A stretch of DNA of 64,000 bases from a virus (Duplodnaviria > Heunggongvirae > Uroviricota > Caudoviricetes). The first letter of the stretch is position 1; the number at the start of each line of letters is the position of its first letter. The DNA is taken from the IMG/VR virus record IMGVR_UViG_2703718833_000007, positions 6,191 to 70,190 of that record, one strand, 5' to 3'. The notes beneath the pieces are model-generated. The model saw nothing but the letters and a program-made list of their open reading frames with translations, ran no database searches and was not told the origin of the DNA. Both the position numbers and the translations under genes were made by a program. Positions 1 through 8,460 of the stretch are shown here, piece after piece.

Positions 1-236
1 ACGACAATGATGCTATCTCGTTTGCCCTGTTCGCCTTCAAAAATATAGACATTAACAAACCTGTTAGGACTAAGTGATTGTTTATTCTCAACTTTCCCCA
101 TTGGGGGTAGTTGAATTATCCCCCTCTGTGCCATGCGTTCTATAGACTGTTTTACTTTATCGTGACGATTGCCTAGTAGTTCCGCAATTTCAAAACTATT
201 CATCTTAACAGCATCAAAAACCATTAAGTCACTCAT
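1..236 (-). CDS. Rha/antirepressor-family phage regulatory protein, N-terminal 78 codons (gene continues beyond window start)
   Basis: Own minus-strand translation from ATG at 234-236: MSDLMVFDAVKMNSFEIAELLGNRHDKVKQSIERMAQRGIIQLPPMGKVENKQ..., open to position 1; resembles Rha-family N-terminus. Confidence 0.45.
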   Translation of the reverse strand, partial: MSDLMVFDAVKMNSFEIAELLGNRHDKVKQSIERMAQRGIIQLPPMGKVENKQSLSPNRFVNVYIFEGEQGKRDSIIV

Positions 237-367
237 TGTAATTTCTCCGTAAAACGCTCTACAACGCAAAATCCCACCGCGTAACCCATTTGCACAGGTT
301 GCAGTGTCTTATTGCGTCAGAGGCGCTTTCAGGTGGCTAATTTTTGATTTACAGACTGGTAGGTAGG

Positions 368-469
368 TTATGGATTGACTAGAAGGAACAAACCGCCGAA
401 CAAAGCGACGTTAACAGCGATTGCCGCAGCGATGGCAAAAGCCAGGGCGAAAACGTGTTTACCGTCCAT
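368..469 (-). CDS. Small hydrophobic peptide (33 aa), hypothetical
   Basis: Own translation MDGKHVFALAFAIAAAIAVNVALFGGLFLLVNP; GAGGA-like SD upstream; same strand as flanking early genes. Confidence 0.25.
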   Translation of the reverse strand: MDGKHVFALAFAIAAAIAVNVALFGGLFLLVNP

Positions 470-602
470 TTTAAAATCCTCTCTAAAACGCTCTCTAACG
501 AGCTAAACCGCTAAAGGTATGCAAGTGTAGCACCCAATGCTTTTTAGCTCGCTGGTGGGCTTGTTTTGTTGGTGATTTTTGATTTTTGCGTATTGTGGTT
601 GG

Positions 603-1655
603 TCAAATAGCGCCTGCGCGTGTATCGCGTAGCGTTTTTGGTTTAAGCAGGAAATCAAGTGTCGCAGTGAAGCCATCGCCGAAGTAAAAGTCCGAAGCCT
701 TGATCTTGAACGCTTCAAAGTAGGCGATAAAGCCGTTAATGCTTTTGTCTTTCAGGTAGTCAGTGAACGCATAGATCTTACGTTCCAAATCCCGATCCAG
801 TTCAGCAGGTGGCAACAGGCCATCAAACGTGATGTTAAACTCATTAACCACATCGGCAGCGTTTACAGTAGATGACAGCTTGCGCCATTGTTCAGCGTCA
901 GCCAGATACCCATCGAATTTAGTTACCCGGCAAATGTTGATAGGCTTAGGTGTTCCGCCACGGCTACGCCATTGCGTTAAAGCCCACTCAATCACTAATG
1001 TGATCTCATCCTCCGTATACGCTTTGCGTGTTTTTGTTTCTGTCAGTAGTTCGATGAATGGCTTAGCATCACGACATTTGCATCCTGCCTTGTCGTTGTA
1101 GAATGCCAGGCAACGCAATGCAGCATCGCTTATCTGATAGTCACTATCCTGATTGACTTCTTTTCTTTTTATATTTTTCTTTTCTTCTTCTGTTTCTTTT
1201 TCTTCTTCTAATTCTATTTCTAATTCATGACCCTTTCCTGACCCGGTCATGACCATATCATGACCTTTTGTTGTTGGATTGATTAACTTCTCTAATTTTA
1301 ATTGCTCCTTAGCTGTGTTTATGGCTGCCCTGTATGCGCTTTTAGAAGTCATTGATTGGTCCAGCCTTTTCAATAACTTTAAACAAGTTATGTGGCCTTG
1401 AGAGCATTCGAATAAACCAATTTCGATAAAGTATTTCATCATTTCTTCTATGCGTTTTTCAGTCGATCCGACGTTTCGCGCGATGATTCTGGCGTCATGT
1501 CGTAGGTCAAATGTAAGGTTGTGCTGATCTACGTCATAAGTTATCAGTTCTAGGCAATACCAATAAAGCCCGTAGCCTTCCAGGCCATAATCTAATAAAA
1601 CGTTTTGAAGTTTTTCATCGCGGTTCGCATCGCTATCATGCTTAAACCACTTCAT
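603..1655 (-). CDS. Phage replication initiation / replisome organiser protein (DUF4373, Lin1244-like N-terminal domain)
   Basis: Track ORF 350 aa; N-terminus MKWFKHDSDANRDEKLQNVLLDYGLEGYGLYWYCLELI typical of this family; acidic/Lys-rich linker; adjacent to immunity region. Confidence 0.6.
   Translation of the reverse strand: MKWFKHDSDANRDEKLQNVLLDYGLEGYGLYWYCLELITYDVDQHNLTFDLRHDARIIARNVGSTEKRIEEMMKYFIEIGLFECSQGHITCLKLLKRLDQSMTSKSAYRAAINTAKEQLKLEKLINPTTKGHDMVMTGSGKGHELEIELEEEKETEEEKKNIKRKEVNQDSDYQISDAALRCLAFYNDKAGCKCRDAKPFIELLTETKTRKAYTEDEITLVIEWALTQWRSRGGTPKPINICRVTKFDGYLADAEQWRKLSSTVNAADVVNEFNITFDGLLPPAELDRDLERKIYAFTDYLKDKSINGFIAYFEAFKIKASDFYFGDGFTATLDFLLKPKTLRDTRAGAI
1150..1230. other. 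Candidate replication origin (AT-rich pyrimidine tract with TTCTAATTC direct repeats inside replication gene linker)
   Basis: ttcttttctttttatatttttcttttcttcttc...ttctaattctatttctaattc encodes the EEEKETEEEKK linker; analogous to lambda ori inside gene O. Confidence 0.3.
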
Positions 1656-1658
1656 AGA

Positions 1659-1916
1659 TCATTCCTCCGGCAACATCACTACATAGACATCACTGAATGC
1701 ATCAAGACGACAAACAAATCCTTTATCCATTAATGCGGCGAATGCATCATGTACCGTATGAACAGGAAGTTCACACATTGCGGCTACTTCTTTGCGTGAT
1801 GCATCATGTACCCGTCCTTTGTTATCTGCCTTTTCAGCCAGAGCCATTAAGACAAGTTTTTGAATCGGGCTGTTAAGTTTTACGTTCCATGCTTTGCTAA
1901 TAATGTTCATGCTCAT
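1659..1916 (-). CDS. Winged-HTH DNA-binding protein, first gene of leftward early operon (Cro-position regulator or origin-binding helper)
   Basis: Track ORF 85 aa; strong AGGAGA SD; HTH-like KLVLMALAEKADNKGRVHDASRKEVAAMCELPVHTV. Confidence 0.5.
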   Translation of the reverse strand: MSMNIISKAWNVKLNSPIQKLVLMALAEKADNKGRVHDASRKEVAAMCELPVHTVHDAFAALMDKGFVCRLDAFSDVYVVMLPEE

Positions 1917-2222
1917 TGTATTTTCTCCTATGGTTAAAATGAACGCGCTGGCGGGTATCCCATTAGCATTAGATAGCAGTGACTGACCGCTGAACAGATC
2001 CCGCCGTTGCGTGATATTTGTTTTTCGCTTCGCAGCGACACCGGATTTTTAAAGAGCTTTTAAGGTATGTGCCTTTTGTGCTTTCCATTATCTTTTTTCT
2101 TGCATCCTTGCAAGTATGGCCTTACCTTGTCTGCAAGTTTACAGAATGGCGTTAACAGGTCAAGGATTGAAAATTACATTTTGTGACTTGCATCAAATTT
2201 TTTTAGGTTATAGGGTAGCGAC
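1917..2222. promoter_or_regulatory. Divergent immunity control region (PR-like / PRM-like promoters, putative operators)
   Basis: 306-bp gap between divergent wHTH gene and repressor gene; repeated CTTGCA(A/T)G palindromic motifs near 2097-2195; minus-strand TTGCAA-17-TAATGG promoter-like element. Confidence 0.45.
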
Positions 2223-2870
2223 ATGAAAACAAAATGGTATGACTTAGCGAAACAACTCATGCGGGCGCAGGGTATGAGTCAGGATTCATTGGCAGATCTC
2301 ATGGGGATCACAAAAGGCGGCTTGTCACACTGGCTTAACGGTCGCCGCGAGCCGAATCTTGAAGACATTGCGCGGATCATGCGGGCGCTTGGGCGTCGGC
2401 AATTCACTGTTACACATGATGGAATGGTCATTGATGATTCTGTTTCTAACACGTTGCCGGGAGCGCCACCGCGTGATTTAGGCAGTTACCCGGTTGTTGA
2501 CTGGAAGGATGTAGTAAACAATATGGAAGATGCAAGGCGATCAACATTACCACACGTTACGACTAGCGTTATTTGTTCAGATGATAGTTACTGGCTGGTA
2601 GCTAAAGGCGAATCAATGAACGCGCCGCAAGGATTGAGTATACCAGCGGGGACGATGATACTTGTCGATCCGCACGCGCCAGCTATTGATGGCAAACTGG
2701 TTATAGCCCAATTGGAGGAGGGGCAGATACCGACGTTTAAACAGTTGATTATTGATGGAGGCAGAAAACTTTTGCGTTCACTGAATCCGTTGTATCCGCC
2801 AATCCCTATGAATCCAGAATCTAAAATCATAGGCGTGGTAGTGGATGCGAAGATCGTAAACCTGCCATAA
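2223..2870 (+). CDS. CI-like prophage repressor (HTH_XRE + LexA-like S24 peptidase domain)
   Basis: Track ORF 215 aa; N-terminal HTH (SQDSLADLMGITKGGLSHWLNGRREP); C-terminal GESM Ser motif and FKQL Lys motif as in LexA/lambda CI. Confidence 0.8.
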   Translation: MKTKWYDLAKQLMRAQGMSQDSLADLMGITKGGLSHWLNGRREPNLEDIARIMRALGRRQFTVTHDGMVIDDSVSNTLPGAPPRDLGSYPVVDWKDVVNNMEDARRSTLPHVTTSVICSDDSYWLVAKGESMNAPQGLSIPAGTMILVDPHAPAIDGKLVIAQLEEGQIPTFKQLIIDGGRKLLRSLNPLYPPIPMNPESKIIGVVVDAKIVNLP

Positions 2871-2876
2871 ACATTA

Positions 2877-2900
2877 GCCGCCTGGTGGCGGCTTTTCTTT
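2877..2900 (+). terminator. Rho-independent terminator after repressor gene
   Basis: gccgcc-tggt-ggcggc stem-loop followed by ttttcttt. Confidence 0.6.
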
Positions 2901-2993
2901 GCCATAAAAACACCAAAACGTAAACAGAAAACGTTATTTATTGTTTAAATATCAATGACATATAAAATATTTTAAAAAAGTATACAAAATGGA

Positions 2994-3022
2994 TTGACTC
3001 GGTGTTTTACGTGGCGTATATT
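2994..3022 (+). promoter_or_regulatory. Sigma70 promoter (PL analogue) for rightward early operon
   Basis: TTGACT - 17 nt - TATATT preceded by AT-rich UP-like tract. Confidence 0.5.
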
Positions 3023-3063
3023 GCGAGTCAAAGGAGGAAGCAAGGCAGGGAAAGAAGGTTACT

Positions 3064-3101
3064 TGCTCTTTAACAATCTGGTCAGCCGCTGGAAGTGCGG
3101 C
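3064..3101 (+). promoter_or_regulatory. nut-like site: rrn-type boxA (TGCTCTTTAACAA) plus boxB-like hairpin
   Basis: Exact 13-nt boxA consensus, then 8-nt spacer and GCCGC-UGGAAGU-GCGGC hairpin, between promoter and N-like gene. Confidence 0.5.
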
Positions 3102-3156
3102 AATTAACGAAGATGATTTTTATTAAGTATCATCAAGGATATAAGGAGATCAGATC

Positions 3157-3447
3157 ATGACCGTTACAATCATGTATGGCAAATGTGATAGCAAAATAAA
3201 CGCCAGGGAACGCAGAAGAATAAAAAGAGAAAACGAAAGAAAATCATCACCTGCAATTAATAAAACAGACAATGTGGATAAAGCTATTCGCTTTGCAAAC
3301 GAGGAAAGATGCAAACCAAATAGCATTAAAGAACGTCGCAAAGGAGCAGTAAAATGGTATACGGAAAATGAAAGCGGCAACTACTACCACGCAACGCAAC
3401 CACGCCAGTTAGGGGAAAAACCCCTTGATAAAGTCCGTTACCATTAA
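3157..3447 (+). CDS. N-like transcription antiterminator (P22 gp24 / lambda N analogue)
   Basis: Track ORF 96 aa; strong AAGGAG SD; N-terminal MTVTIMYGK and arginine-rich motif ARERRRIKRENERK; immediately downstream of nut-like site. Confidence 0.65.
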   Translation: MTVTIMYGKCDSKINARERRRIKRENERKSSPAINKTDNVDKAIRFANEERCKPNSIKERRKGAVKWYTENESGNYYHATQPRQLGEKPLDKVRYH

Positions 3448-3477
3448 TACAAAATGTAAATAATCGGAGGTGACATT

Positions 3478-3600
3478 ATGGTTATTCAGGCGCTCCAATT
3501 CAAACTGGCGGTAGCGGAAATGCTTCATGATGCCGAAATGTGGAGCGCCGCGAATAAAGCCTTGTATGTAGTGTTAACAGCGAAGGAGATCAAAGAGTGA
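3478..3600 (+). CDS. Hypothetical protein (40 aa)
   Basis: Own translation MVIQALQFKLAVAEMLHDAEMWSAANKALYVVLTAKEIKE; GGAGGTGA SD; stop overlaps erf start. Confidence 0.35.
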   Translation: MVIQALQFKLAVAEMLHDAEMWSAANKALYVVLTAKEIKE

Positions 3601-4250
3601 AAACAGAGTTACACAAAAAACTGTGGACGATTCAGCAAACGCTGAACGCGCCTAAAAATCAGCGTAATAATTTCGGCGGGTATAATTACAGATCAGCGGA
3701 GGATATTTTAGAAGCGGTTAAACCACTGCTTCAAAATATCACGCTGACTGTTAGTGATGAAATTGTCCTGATCGGCAATCGCTATTACGTGAAAGCAACG
3801 GCGACGCTAAGCGACGGTGAAGATGAAATAGCGGTAACGGCTTACGCCAGGGAGGAAGAAAGCAAGAAGGGAATGGACGCAAGCCAGCTAACAGGAGCAA
3901 CATCAAGTTACGCGCGGAAATATGCTTTGAACGGATTGTTCTGCATTGACGACGCCCGCGATCCTGATACTGACGCATACGCGAAGCAGACAGGCCAGCA
4001 GCCACGCCAGCAGAAAAATACGCCAAAACAGCAACCTAATCAGAAACCACAGCAGCAGAAAGCGCCGCCAAATCCTGATGAGGTGTTAGCACGTTTTTGT
4101 GATGCGGCAGCGAAAGCGCAGGACGAAAAAACACTAAGGGAAATATTCGGTAAATGTTGGAAGCTGTTACCTGAAAATTCAGAGCAACGGCAGAAAGCGC
4201 AAGATTGTTACCAGATCCGTAAGGATGAACTGAATGGAACAATTAACTAA
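3597..4250 (+). CDS. erf: Erf-family single-strand annealing recombination protein
   Basis: Track ORF 217 aa (GTG start); LNAPKNQRNNFGGYNYRSAEDILEAVKPLL and GATSSYARKYALNGLF closely match remembered P22 Erf. Confidence 0.85.
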   Translation: MKTELHKKLWTIQQTLNAPKNQRNNFGGYNYRSAEDILEAVKPLLQNITLTVSDEIVLIGNRYYVKATATLSDGEDEIAVTAYAREEESKKGMDASQLTGATSSYARKYALNGLFCIDDARDPDTDAYAKQTGQQPRQQKNTPKQQPNQKPQQQKAPPNPDEVLARFCDAAAKAQDEKTLREIFGKCWKLLPENSEQRQKAQDCYQIRKDELNGTIN

Positions 4251-4830
4251 AAAATGCACAAAATGCGGCAGAATCCTGCCGCTTAACTCTTTCCTGAAGC
4301 ACAAATCATGCAAATACGGCGTAGCTGGTACATGTAAGGATTGCGCAAAGGTATACAGGGAAGCCAATAAAGACAAAATAGCCGAGCAAAATAGAAGATG
4401 GAGGGAAAAACACAAGGAAGAAATTCGAGAAAAGGATAGAAAATACTACGAAGAACACAAAGAAGAATGTAATAAGCGAGCGAAAGAGTATCGTAAAAAT
4501 AACAAAGAAAAAATATTGGAAAAGAAAAATAATTGGGTAAGAAGAAACGAGGAAAGGTTAAAGGAGTATAGGAGACAATACCACGAAGATTATAAAGAAA
4601 GAAATAAGGCGGAACTAAAGGCAAGAACAAAACTAAGCAACGCCATTAGAGATGGTAAAGTATTAAGGCCAAATAAATGTGATAGGTGCGGGAAAAAGTG
4701 CACTCCTGATGGGCATCATTGGAATTATGCATATCCGCTAAATGTTGTTTGGTTATGCCGTTCTTGTCATAAGATAGTGCATTTTAAGTTTGGGTGTATA
4801 CACGAAAACATTAACGGGGAGATCGGTTAA
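4234..4830 (+). CDS. HNH-motif zinc-ribbon protein (putative HNH endonuclease)
   Basis: Track ORF 198 aa; N-terminal CxxC...CxxC, K/E/R-rich middle, C-terminal CDRCGKKCTPDGHHWNYAYPLNVVWLCRSCHKIVH. Confidence 0.5.
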   Translation: MEQLTKKCTKCGRILPLNSFLKHKSCKYGVAGTCKDCAKVYREANKDKIAEQNRRWREKHKEEIREKDRKYYEEHKEECNKRAKEYRKNNKEKILEKKNNWVRRNEERLKEYRRQYHEDYKERNKAELKARTKLSNAIRDGKVLRPNKCDRCGKKCTPDGHHWNYAYPLNVVWLCRSCHKIVHFKFGCIHENINGEIG

Positions 4831-5234
4831 TGAGCTTAAATTTAATCACACTTGGCGGTAATATTGGGAATGATATGAAAGTTCGCTACACGCAAAACGG
4901 GAAGGCGATTGGTAGTTTTTCGTTAGCTGTAACGAATGGATACGGTGATAATAAACGGACAATGTGGATCACTTGTCTGGTATTTGGCGAGCGTGCGGAA
5001 AAATTAGCGCCACATATCCGCAAGGGCGGGAAAATAGTGGTAAGCGGTCGCCTGGACGTTCGGCAATATGACTGGAACGACGGCACGAAGGGGACTGCGG
5101 TAGAAGTGGCGGTTAATGAGTTCGAATTTTGCAGCAGAAACGATCAGCAACCACAGCAACAGCAGCAACAGCAGAATAATGGCGGTGGATATGAAGAGCC
5201 GCCAATGGATTTTGATGATTCAATTCCTTTTTAA
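4830..5234 (+). CDS. ssb: Single-stranded DNA-binding protein
   Basis: Track ORF 134 aa; OB-fold-like N-terminus, Gln-rich linker, acidic C-terminal tail DFDDSIPF. Confidence 0.9.
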   Translation: MSLNLITLGGNIGNDMKVRYTQNGKAIGSFSLAVTNGYGDNKRTMWITCLVFGERAEKLAPHIRKGGKIVVSGRLDVRQYDWNDGTKGTAVEVAVNEFEFCSRNDQQPQQQQQQQNNGGGYEEPPMDFDDSIPF

Positions 5235-5249
5235 ATCAATAGGTTAGCG

Positions 5250-5528
5250 ATGGTCGATTATTTAAAACCGCCACCGCCACCGCGAACAAAAGAGCAAGTA
5301 TTAAAAGAAGCCCGTGATCAAATCGATCATGGGCTTTTTTTATGTGGCACGGCAGCGGAACGGATGGCAAAAAGATTCAGTGACCTGTACGCAAAACAAA
5401 TATGGTTCGACAACTGGCAGGCAAGTTTTTATCCACTGCAAAGAAAACCGGATATGCACTGGCCTGAATATGTCGATCCGCGTATGCGCAAATATCGCGG
5501 GCGTATGGGCCAGGTCATTAACGATTAA
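5250..5528 (+). CDS. Hypothetical protein
   Basis: Track ORF 92 aa, + strand, packed with neighbours; no family recognised. Confidence 0.4.
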   Translation: MVDYLKPPPPPRTKEQVLKEARDQIDHGLFLCGTAAERMAKRFSDLYAKQIWFDNWQASFYPLQRKPDMHWPEYVDPRMRKYRGRMGQVIND

Positions 5529-5767
5529 TGAGGTATCAAATCATGATCGAAGAAAAAGAAGTTGATAAGGAAATGCCTGACACAGCAGATGACTACGTTA
5601 CTTTTGATGGCGGCCTGTATGAGTTCGATACGTCGGCTGGGTGGACGGATAAGTGGCCTCTTCCTACTCGCCAGGAATTAATGGCGCGCAAATCATTCGG
5701 CGAAGATGCGGAACGCCTTGCCAATAACAAATGGCTTGATAAGTTCATTGCGGAGGGTGGCAAATGA
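5528..5767 (+). CDS. Hypothetical protein (start uncertain, possibly 5543)
   Basis: Track ORF 79 aa; stop overlaps next ATG. Confidence 0.35.
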   Translation: MRYQIMIEEKEVDKEMPDTADDYVTFDGGLYEFDTSAGWTDKWPLPTRQELMARKSFGEDAERLANNKWLDKFIAEGGK

Positions 5768-5877
5768 ACCTTGCAAAAATTGCCGCATTGCTTGCGGCTT
5801 TGTCTATCGCTGTGCTGTATCTCAGTGTATCGCTTTATATCACGGTAGCGATCATTAAACTCATTACTAACATGTGA
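5764..5877 (+). CDS. Small hydrophobic peptide (37 aa)
   Basis: Own translation MNLAKIAALLAALSIAVLYLSVSLYITVAIIKLITNM; ATGA overlap with upstream stop. Confidence 0.35.
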   Translation: MNLAKIAALLAALSIAVLYLSVSLYITVAIIKLITNM

Positions 5878-5885
5878 GGTTAATC

Positions 5886-6005
5886 ATGAAAGTCGGTAAG
5901 GATATTGTAACGGTCGCGTTTTGCATTATTTGCTTCCTGTTTGTGGTTGTGTTTTGTGGCGGATTTGCTGCGTTGGTTAGCCTTATTTTTAGGGGGTTGC
6001 TGTAA
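5886..6005 (+). CDS. Small hydrophobic peptide (39 aa)
   Basis: Own translation MKVGKDIVTVAFCIICFLFVVVFCGGFAALVSLIFRGLL; GAGG SD; stop overlaps next ATG. Confidence 0.35.
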   Translation: MKVGKDIVTVAFCIICFLFVVVFCGGFAALVSLIFRGLL

Positions 6006-6277
6006 TGAAAACATGGGATGCAAAGGCTGGCGATCTTGTTGTATTGCCTGAATATCGTGATGACCCTGGCATGGTTGTGCTGAATAAGACGTATAACGAT
6101 TTTGAGCGCCCACTATTGGTTAAATATCTGGACGGAGAAATCATAGAACCGCGCTACTTTGATGAGATTGAACTAAAGGCACGCAATGTCCGCGTTAAGC
6201 CGTTCCGGGCTTATGTTGAAGACCACTGGCGTAAATTGTTCGCCGGACTGAATGGGATGTACGGCGTATGGCTATAA
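6005..6277 (+). CDS. Hypothetical protein
   Basis: Track ORF 90 aa, packed in operon. Confidence 0.4.
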   Translation: MKTWDAKAGDLVVLPEYRDDPGMVVLNKTYNDFERPLLVKYLDGEIIEPRYFDEIELKARNVRVKPFRAYVEDHWRKLFAGLNGMYGVWL

Positions 6278-6468
6278 AATTAGTGAAAGTTAAACACCTG
6301 AAAGGCGGTGAGACGATCCGCGCGTGGTATGGATACGAATTTACTGTATCTGCATTTTATTTCGGTCCTGGTGGTCAGGTGACACTATTTGACGAAGATT
6401 TATGCGAGGTTGGGCAATGGCATCTTGAACAATATGTTGAGGTGTTAAATGAAAATCAAGTTTTATAA
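6268..6468 (+). CDS. Hypothetical protein
   Basis: Track ORF 66 aa, overlaps neighbours by a few nt. Confidence 0.35.
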   Translation: MAIKLVKVKHLKGGETIRAWYGYEFTVSAFYFGPGGQVTLFDEDLCEVGQWHLEQYVEVLNENQVL

Positions 6469-6781
6469 AAGTTATGATTCAGCTACTAACAAGCTATCAC
6501 TATTTATTGAGTTCGAACGCCGGATCGTGGTTGTTCCTTATTCTCGGCGCTTTAATGATGCAGCAGGGCGGCGACAGTTCGCGTTAGATATGTTGTTACG
6601 CGGTTGCGGCCTTATGCGCCCGCTATCTGATTTAAAACGGATGATGCCTGGATCGTTCGGTCAGATTGATGAAATAGAAATAAGTCAGGAAGAACTAAAA
6701 CGGGCGCGTGATTTATTCCTTTCAAGCGAAGGAAACCAGTTTAATCCAGAAACTGAAATGAAATGGCATCACCCACTATAA
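6449..6781 (+). CDS. Hypothetical protein
   Basis: Track ORF 110 aa. Confidence 0.4.
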   Translation: MKIKFYKSYDSATNKLSLFIEFERRIVVVPYSRRFNDAAGRRQFALDMLLRGCGLMRPLSDLKRMMPGSFGQIDEIEISQEELKRARDLFLSSEGNQFNPETEMKWHHPL

Positions 6782-6794
6782 AAGGATAAATATC

Positions 6795-7415
6795 ATGAAC
6801 GACATCAAAACAGCTTATTCACTCGGCAGCGAAGGCATGTTAATCACTCGCTACACTGAAGACGCAAGTTTTCATGAAGTAGAAATTAAAGATTATCACG
6901 AAGTATTGAAAGATATGGAAGCTGGCAAGTATGACGCTGATTTGAATCTGGCGTTACAGATTGTTGATATTGTGATGGATGCAAACATCCGCGATTATGT
7001 GTCTTTAAGTGCGGAAGAAAAAACATCGGTAGCTCGCTATGTCTTCTGTCTTGCTTTCGTAAAACGCATGGAAGAGGAATATGGGCGCGTACCAGTGCCG
7101 GAAGAGATTGACCCGCTTGCGTTCGGAAGCGCTGTTATCTTCCCGCTTGATGAAAACCGTATGGGAAGCATTGCGCTGTATTCTATGCGTGGCATGATGA
7201 AAAAACTCTTTGAAGTTAAGGTGATGCAGAAATGTATTGATGAAGGCCACAAAGAGGAAGAAATAAAATTTTTCATGCCATTGTTTTACGGTGAAATGGT
7301 CGGAAATGATATGCGTGCAAATGATCTAGGTGTACAGGCGGCTATTGCGGTGCTTAATGATGCACGGAAAAATTCACAGCCAATGCCGGAACCGGAAAAA
7401 CGTGTACTGCATTAA
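6795..7415 (+). CDS. Hypothetical protein
   Basis: Track ORF 206 aa; no family recognised. Confidence 0.45.
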   Translation: MNDIKTAYSLGSEGMLITRYTEDASFHEVEIKDYHEVLKDMEAGKYDADLNLALQIVDIVMDANIRDYVSLSAEEKTSVARYVFCLAFVKRMEEEYGRVPVPEEIDPLAFGSAVIFPLDENRMGSIALYSMRGMMKKLFEVKVMQKCIDEGHKEEEIKFFMPLFYGEMVGNDMRANDLGVQAAIAVLNDARKNSQPMPEPEKRVLH

Positions 7416-7512
7416 CAGCGTGATTGCGATCACATGAACATACATTTTGTGTTGTGATTGCATATCCGTTTTGTAAACTTAAATTAAAGGTTTACATCGC
7501 GGAGGAAAGTAA

Positions 7513-7732
7513 GATGGAACGTGAATACATGCTTTATTGCGTTGAGGGTGGCGTAGGTAGCGATGCCTACGTCGCCGGGAAAAGCTATCCAGCAGATGAA
7601 GTGCTTTCTAATATGCACTTCCGTGAAAATGAAAACCAGGTGTCTGTGTGGAAGCGATGCGTTGATGGTATTGAAGTCGTTAGCCTTGAAAGATATTTGG
7701 GTAAATTCGACTACGGATTAATTGAGGCTTAA
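7513..7732 (+). CDS. Hypothetical protein (73 aa from MEREYML)
   Basis: Track ORF 7424-7732 trimmed to internal ATG preceded by GGAGGAAAG SD. Confidence 0.35.
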
Positions 7733-7830
7733 CTATGGACGAATCATTGCTATTCATGTGCATTTGCTGGGGTTTTATTGCCTTATGCCTGTTTATCAGG
7801 TGGTTTATTGAATACCACATGAGGTGATAT

Positions 7831-8025
7831 ATGGAACAGAAAACTGATTATAGAATACCTGACAACCTGAAATTGGTTGGTATTGGTTTTGGTTGTCGTT
7901 TTGTATCTGACGTAAACGGGGCTATTTATTTAGTGCGCATCATTGATGGCGTTCAGCATATAAGAAGGCTAGGACTTTATATCAAAGCATTCAGGAGAGG
8001 TTATTTGAAAACTCATGAAATTTAA
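7831..8025 (+). CDS. Hypothetical protein
   Basis: Track ORF 64 aa. Confidence 0.3.
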   Translation: MEQKTDYRIPDNLKLVGIGFGCRFVSDVNGAIYLVRIIDGVQHIRRLGLYIKAFRRGYLKTHEI

Positions 8026-8218
8026 ACAGTATAAAGAATGGAAGATTCCAGAAGAAGCAACAAAGGCAGCGCCAGGAAGTTTTTCTGGCGTTTACTTTTA
8101 TATGGGTGGTAAATGGTATTTCGGCAGCAGGCCGGATCACTATTATCAAGAAGTATGCAAATCTCACACCTGGGATATTAATGAACGCGTGCAAGGTGGT
8201 GTAATAGACGAGGTTTAA
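8015..8218 (+). CDS. Hypothetical protein
   Basis: Track ORF 67 aa. Confidence 0.3.
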   Translation: MKFKQYKEWKIPEEATKAAPGSFSGVYFYMGGKWYFGSRPDHYYQEVCKSHTWDINERVQGGVIDEV

Positions 8219-8219
8219 A

Positions 8220-8456
8220 ATGGTTAGGGCTTTTTTAAAGTGGTTAGGTGAGTGGCTTTTGGCTACGCTTTTCGTTTTTTTGACGTTCATTGCAGTAATG
8301 ATCATCTTTCTTCTTTCCATGATGTTCCTTACATGGTCAGTACCAGAGTTTATGGATATTGGTAAGGTTCTTGATTTCGCTCGTGCTTTGTTGCTTTGTA
8401 GTGCATTTATTGGTTTTTGCAGGACTGTTTCGCCTGATTGGGATGATGAATGGTGA
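8220..8456 (+). CDS. Hypothetical membrane protein (2 predicted TM helices)
   Basis: Track ORF 78 aa, hydrophobic segments LLATLFVFLTFIAVMIIFLLSMMFL and ALLLCSAFIGF. Confidence 0.35.
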   Translation: MVRAFLKWLGEWLLATLFVFLTFIAVMIIFLLSMMFLTWSVPEFMDIGKVLDFARALLLCSAFIGFCRTVSPDWDDEW

Positions 8457-8460
8457 TCCT

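Noticed and set aside
253-500. Plus-strand boxA-like sequences (ACGCTCTACAACGC, ACGCTCTCTAACGA) that could be nut sites
   Set aside because: Wrong strand for the leftward operon that traverses this region, and no adjacent boxB-like hairpin seen
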